A DNA stretch of 40,514 nt from Bdellovibrionota bacterium. Its GTDB lineage: Bacteria; Bdellovibrionota_C; UBA2361; OMII01. The position numbers and the translations under genes are program-made. The notes under the pieces were generated by a model that was not told the DNA's origin, did not search any database, and was given only the letters and a program-made list of their open reading frames with translations. Location: assembly GCA_044356425.1 (NCBI GenBank), contig JBIKWG010000001.1, positions 1 through 40,514 of the forward strand. Reading direction: 5' to 3'. Positions 39,234 through 40,514 of the stretch are shown piece by piece (the stretch's first letter is position 1; each line of letters begins with the position of its first letter).

Positions 39234-39349
39234 TTAGCTTTAGGGATAGTAAGTTCAATTCATTTTTTCCAAGTAGTTTAACCGTGGTCGCCGGCCGATC
39301 TATTAGGTCGAGAAATCCTCAACAAGGTATGAGTTAAGGTTTAAAGATG

Positions 39350-39800
39350 TGTGGCCTATCCCTCTGGGCTAGGGCTTCAACGGTAGCGGCAGAGCCGAAG
39401 CTGTGCCGCTAAGTCGTGAAAGATAGCATTTCACATACACGTCTGCGGTGCCGTACCAAGGAAGCGGAGTTTAGCAGTCATCAGGAGCCGGCTCGAAGGC
39501 GTCGTACTCGGGCAGTTCATCTAAATTTGTAGTGGCCTTGTCGAATCATAGTGAGTGCGGTGTGGCTCGACTCTACTCGCCACAGGCCCTTGCCGTGAGC
39601 TTGTCGAACGGTCGCTCGAGCGCTCGCCGAAGTCAGGCCGAGGGTGGCTGAACGGCATCCCGGACTTTCGTTTGTCGCTACGAGCGAGATCGGGGCATTT
39701 CCCTCATCGTGTGCAGAGAAGTATCATCGGTAGTATTTATCGACATGCTCCCGGTTCTTGGCTGTGGATGGGAGCTCAAGGGGGGGCTACCTAAGTAGCG
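39350..39800. ncRNA. Candidate structured non-coding RNA, class not assignable by eye
   Basis: It lies in a 635-bp gene-free spacer between convergent genes. At least 8 local hairpins are present, for example 39384-39411 (7+3 bp, UUCG loop on the minus strand), 39416-39434, 39561-39584 and 39747-39775. The only ORF here (39555-39794) has non-protein-like R/S/G composition. Confidence 0.3.
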
Positions 39801-39868
39801 CTATTGTTTTCAGAGATTTTTTACAAGAGCTCGTATCGGCGTAGCAGAGTGTTGCGCCAGTTTGATAG

Positions 39869-40357
39869 TCAGAGAGGGAGCTTCTCGAATGCTCCTCGTG
39901 TTAGTGCCATCGTAATGCAGTCCATGCCCTTTCCAAATCCGTTCGGAATTGCCGCCCCCACTATCGTGAATCTGAAATGCTCAAAGAATGGACGAGAGTG
40001 TTGACTTGTATTAATAGACACGGTTGAGACTGCTTGATCTGAAAAGAGTCGGCGTAATCTTTCGACAAGCAATTCCCTTCCTATTCTTTTGCCGTGCAGA
40101 TTTCGGTGAACCATGCCCCAGCACAACCACCCTTCGGAACCTTTTTTGTAGTGACCGCCGCATGCGCGGACAGCGTCATCAATGACCACAACAAAAAATT
40201 CACTATTTGGATGACTGAGAAAAGTTTGAAACTCTGCTAATTCATCATGGTCGAAGAAGTCAGGGGCGTTGCTCTGAAATATTTCGACGCAGGCGTCTGA
40301 ATCCTCCAGCTTAAAGGGTCTTATTTGCATATGGCGCCCTTCCGAGAGTCGTAACAT
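39869..40357 (-). CDS. GNAT family N-acetyltransferase
   Basis: 162 aa. Acetyl-CoA motif A HGKRIGRELL and the typical N-terminus MQIRPFKLEDSDA. The true start may be the ATG at 40330. Confidence 0.85.
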   Translation of the reverse strand: MLRLSEGRHMQIRPFKLEDSDACVEIFQSNAPDFFDHDELAEFQTFLSHPNSEFFVVVIDDAVRACGGHYKKGSEGWLCWGMVHRNLHGKRIGRELLVERLRRLFSDQAVSTVSINTSQHSRPFFEHFRFTIVGAAIPNGFGKGMDCITMALTRGAFEKLPL

Positions 40358-40396
40358 AGTGATAGCTGGCTTACCTGAGCAGGGATACGTGATTCC

Positions 40397-40514
40397 TCAA
40401 ATTAGCATGTTACCGAAGGGGTTGTCGGATGCCTCACATTCGGATGTTACCGAAGCATTCTTAAGTAGTAGTCGTAGTTGGGAAAAGATCTGCTTCTTCA
40501 GAACGACTGGATTA
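40397..40514 (-). CDS. Possible 3' end of a gene running off the window edge
   Basis: The minus-strand frame is open from the window edge to TGA at 40399-40397 (...NPVVLKKQIFSQLRLLLKNASVTSECEASDNPFGNMLI*). There is no homology evidence, and it overlaps the 12-mer repeats. Confidence 0.25.
   Translation of the reverse strand, partial: NPVVLKKQIFSQLRLLLKNASVTSECEASDNPFGNMLI
40407..40455. repeat. Two copies of ATGTTACCGAAG, 37 nt apart
   Basis: Exact 12-mers at 40407-40418 and 40444-40455, upstream of the GNAT gene. The spacing is not a multiple of 3. Confidence 0.8.

Noticed and set aside
39555-39794. 79-aa plus-strand ORF in the spacer, and the 66-aa ORF at 39804-40004
   Set aside because: The R/S/G-rich composition is typical of translated GC-rich non-coding sequence. 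There is no RBS. The second ORF overlaps the 3' end of the well-supported GNAT gene on the opposite strand.
39350-39800. Calling this region rnpB (RNase P RNA), tmRNA, SRP RNA or a cobalamin riboswitch
   Set aside because: RNase P: the CR-I-like and UAGAUGAA-like strings are present, but ACAGAA and a proper P4, P1/P2 pairing and a full specificity domain are all missing. tmRNA: there is a GAUUCGAC-like string but no 5' GGGG acceptor, no T-arm/CCA end and no plausible tag ORF ending in AA. SRP: only an AAGGAAGC octamer matches, without the helix-8 stem. Cobalamin: AGGGAA and GCCAC-like strings match, but there is no downstream gene on that strand. It is kept only as an unclassified candidate.
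1-40514. Looked for a CRISPR array, IS or transposon ends, integrase or recombinase genes, phage genes, tRNA or rRNA genes, toxin-antitoxin pairs, and defence-system hallmarks (nucleases, helicases, reverse transcriptases, STAND or TIR proteins)
   Set aside because: I found none by reading the ORF translations and intergenic regions. The GNAT protein lacks an adjacent small antitoxin-like gene in the window and looks like an ordinary acetyltransferase.

Overview
This window looks like an ordinary chromosomal segment of a diderm bacterium, about 50% G+C by eye and mostly housekeeping. I saw no rRNA, tRNA, CRISPR array, transposase, integrase or phage genes. Gene order: nrdB; a translationally coupled trp operon trpG-D-C-F-B-A plus a type I-beta DAHP synthase, with no trpE; a parvulin PPIase plus a small membrane protein; pdxH-SDR-methyltransferase; an orphan hypothetical plus SURF1; a tandem pair of KAS III (FabH-like) genes; a minus-strand trio (secreted helical protein, O-antigen-ligase-like protein, hypothetical); an orphan Hpt protein and metH; an M42 peptidase; a large TPR protein; an ABC-2/GldG-like/DUF4340 cassette; PBP1A; a cyclophilin; an exported VWA protein plus a membrane coiled-coil protein; a 635-bp gene-free structured spacer; and a GNAT acetyltransferase. 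Four things deserve a second look. (1) The 580-bp leader in front of trpG carries a 20-codon ORF with tandem Trp codons and a 46-codon ORF that resembles the C-terminus of TrpE. (2) In the KAS III pair the first copy has lost the Cys-His-Asn triad, as in a PqsB/PqsC-type heterodimer. (3) The hairpin-dense spacer at 39234-39868 lies between convergent genes and may encode an unclassified ncRNA. It has RNase P-like strings but I could not fold it as RNase P. (4) Several function-unknown envelope modules are present. I found no clear novel multi-gene system. All functional calls come from motif recognition by eye and no searches were run.
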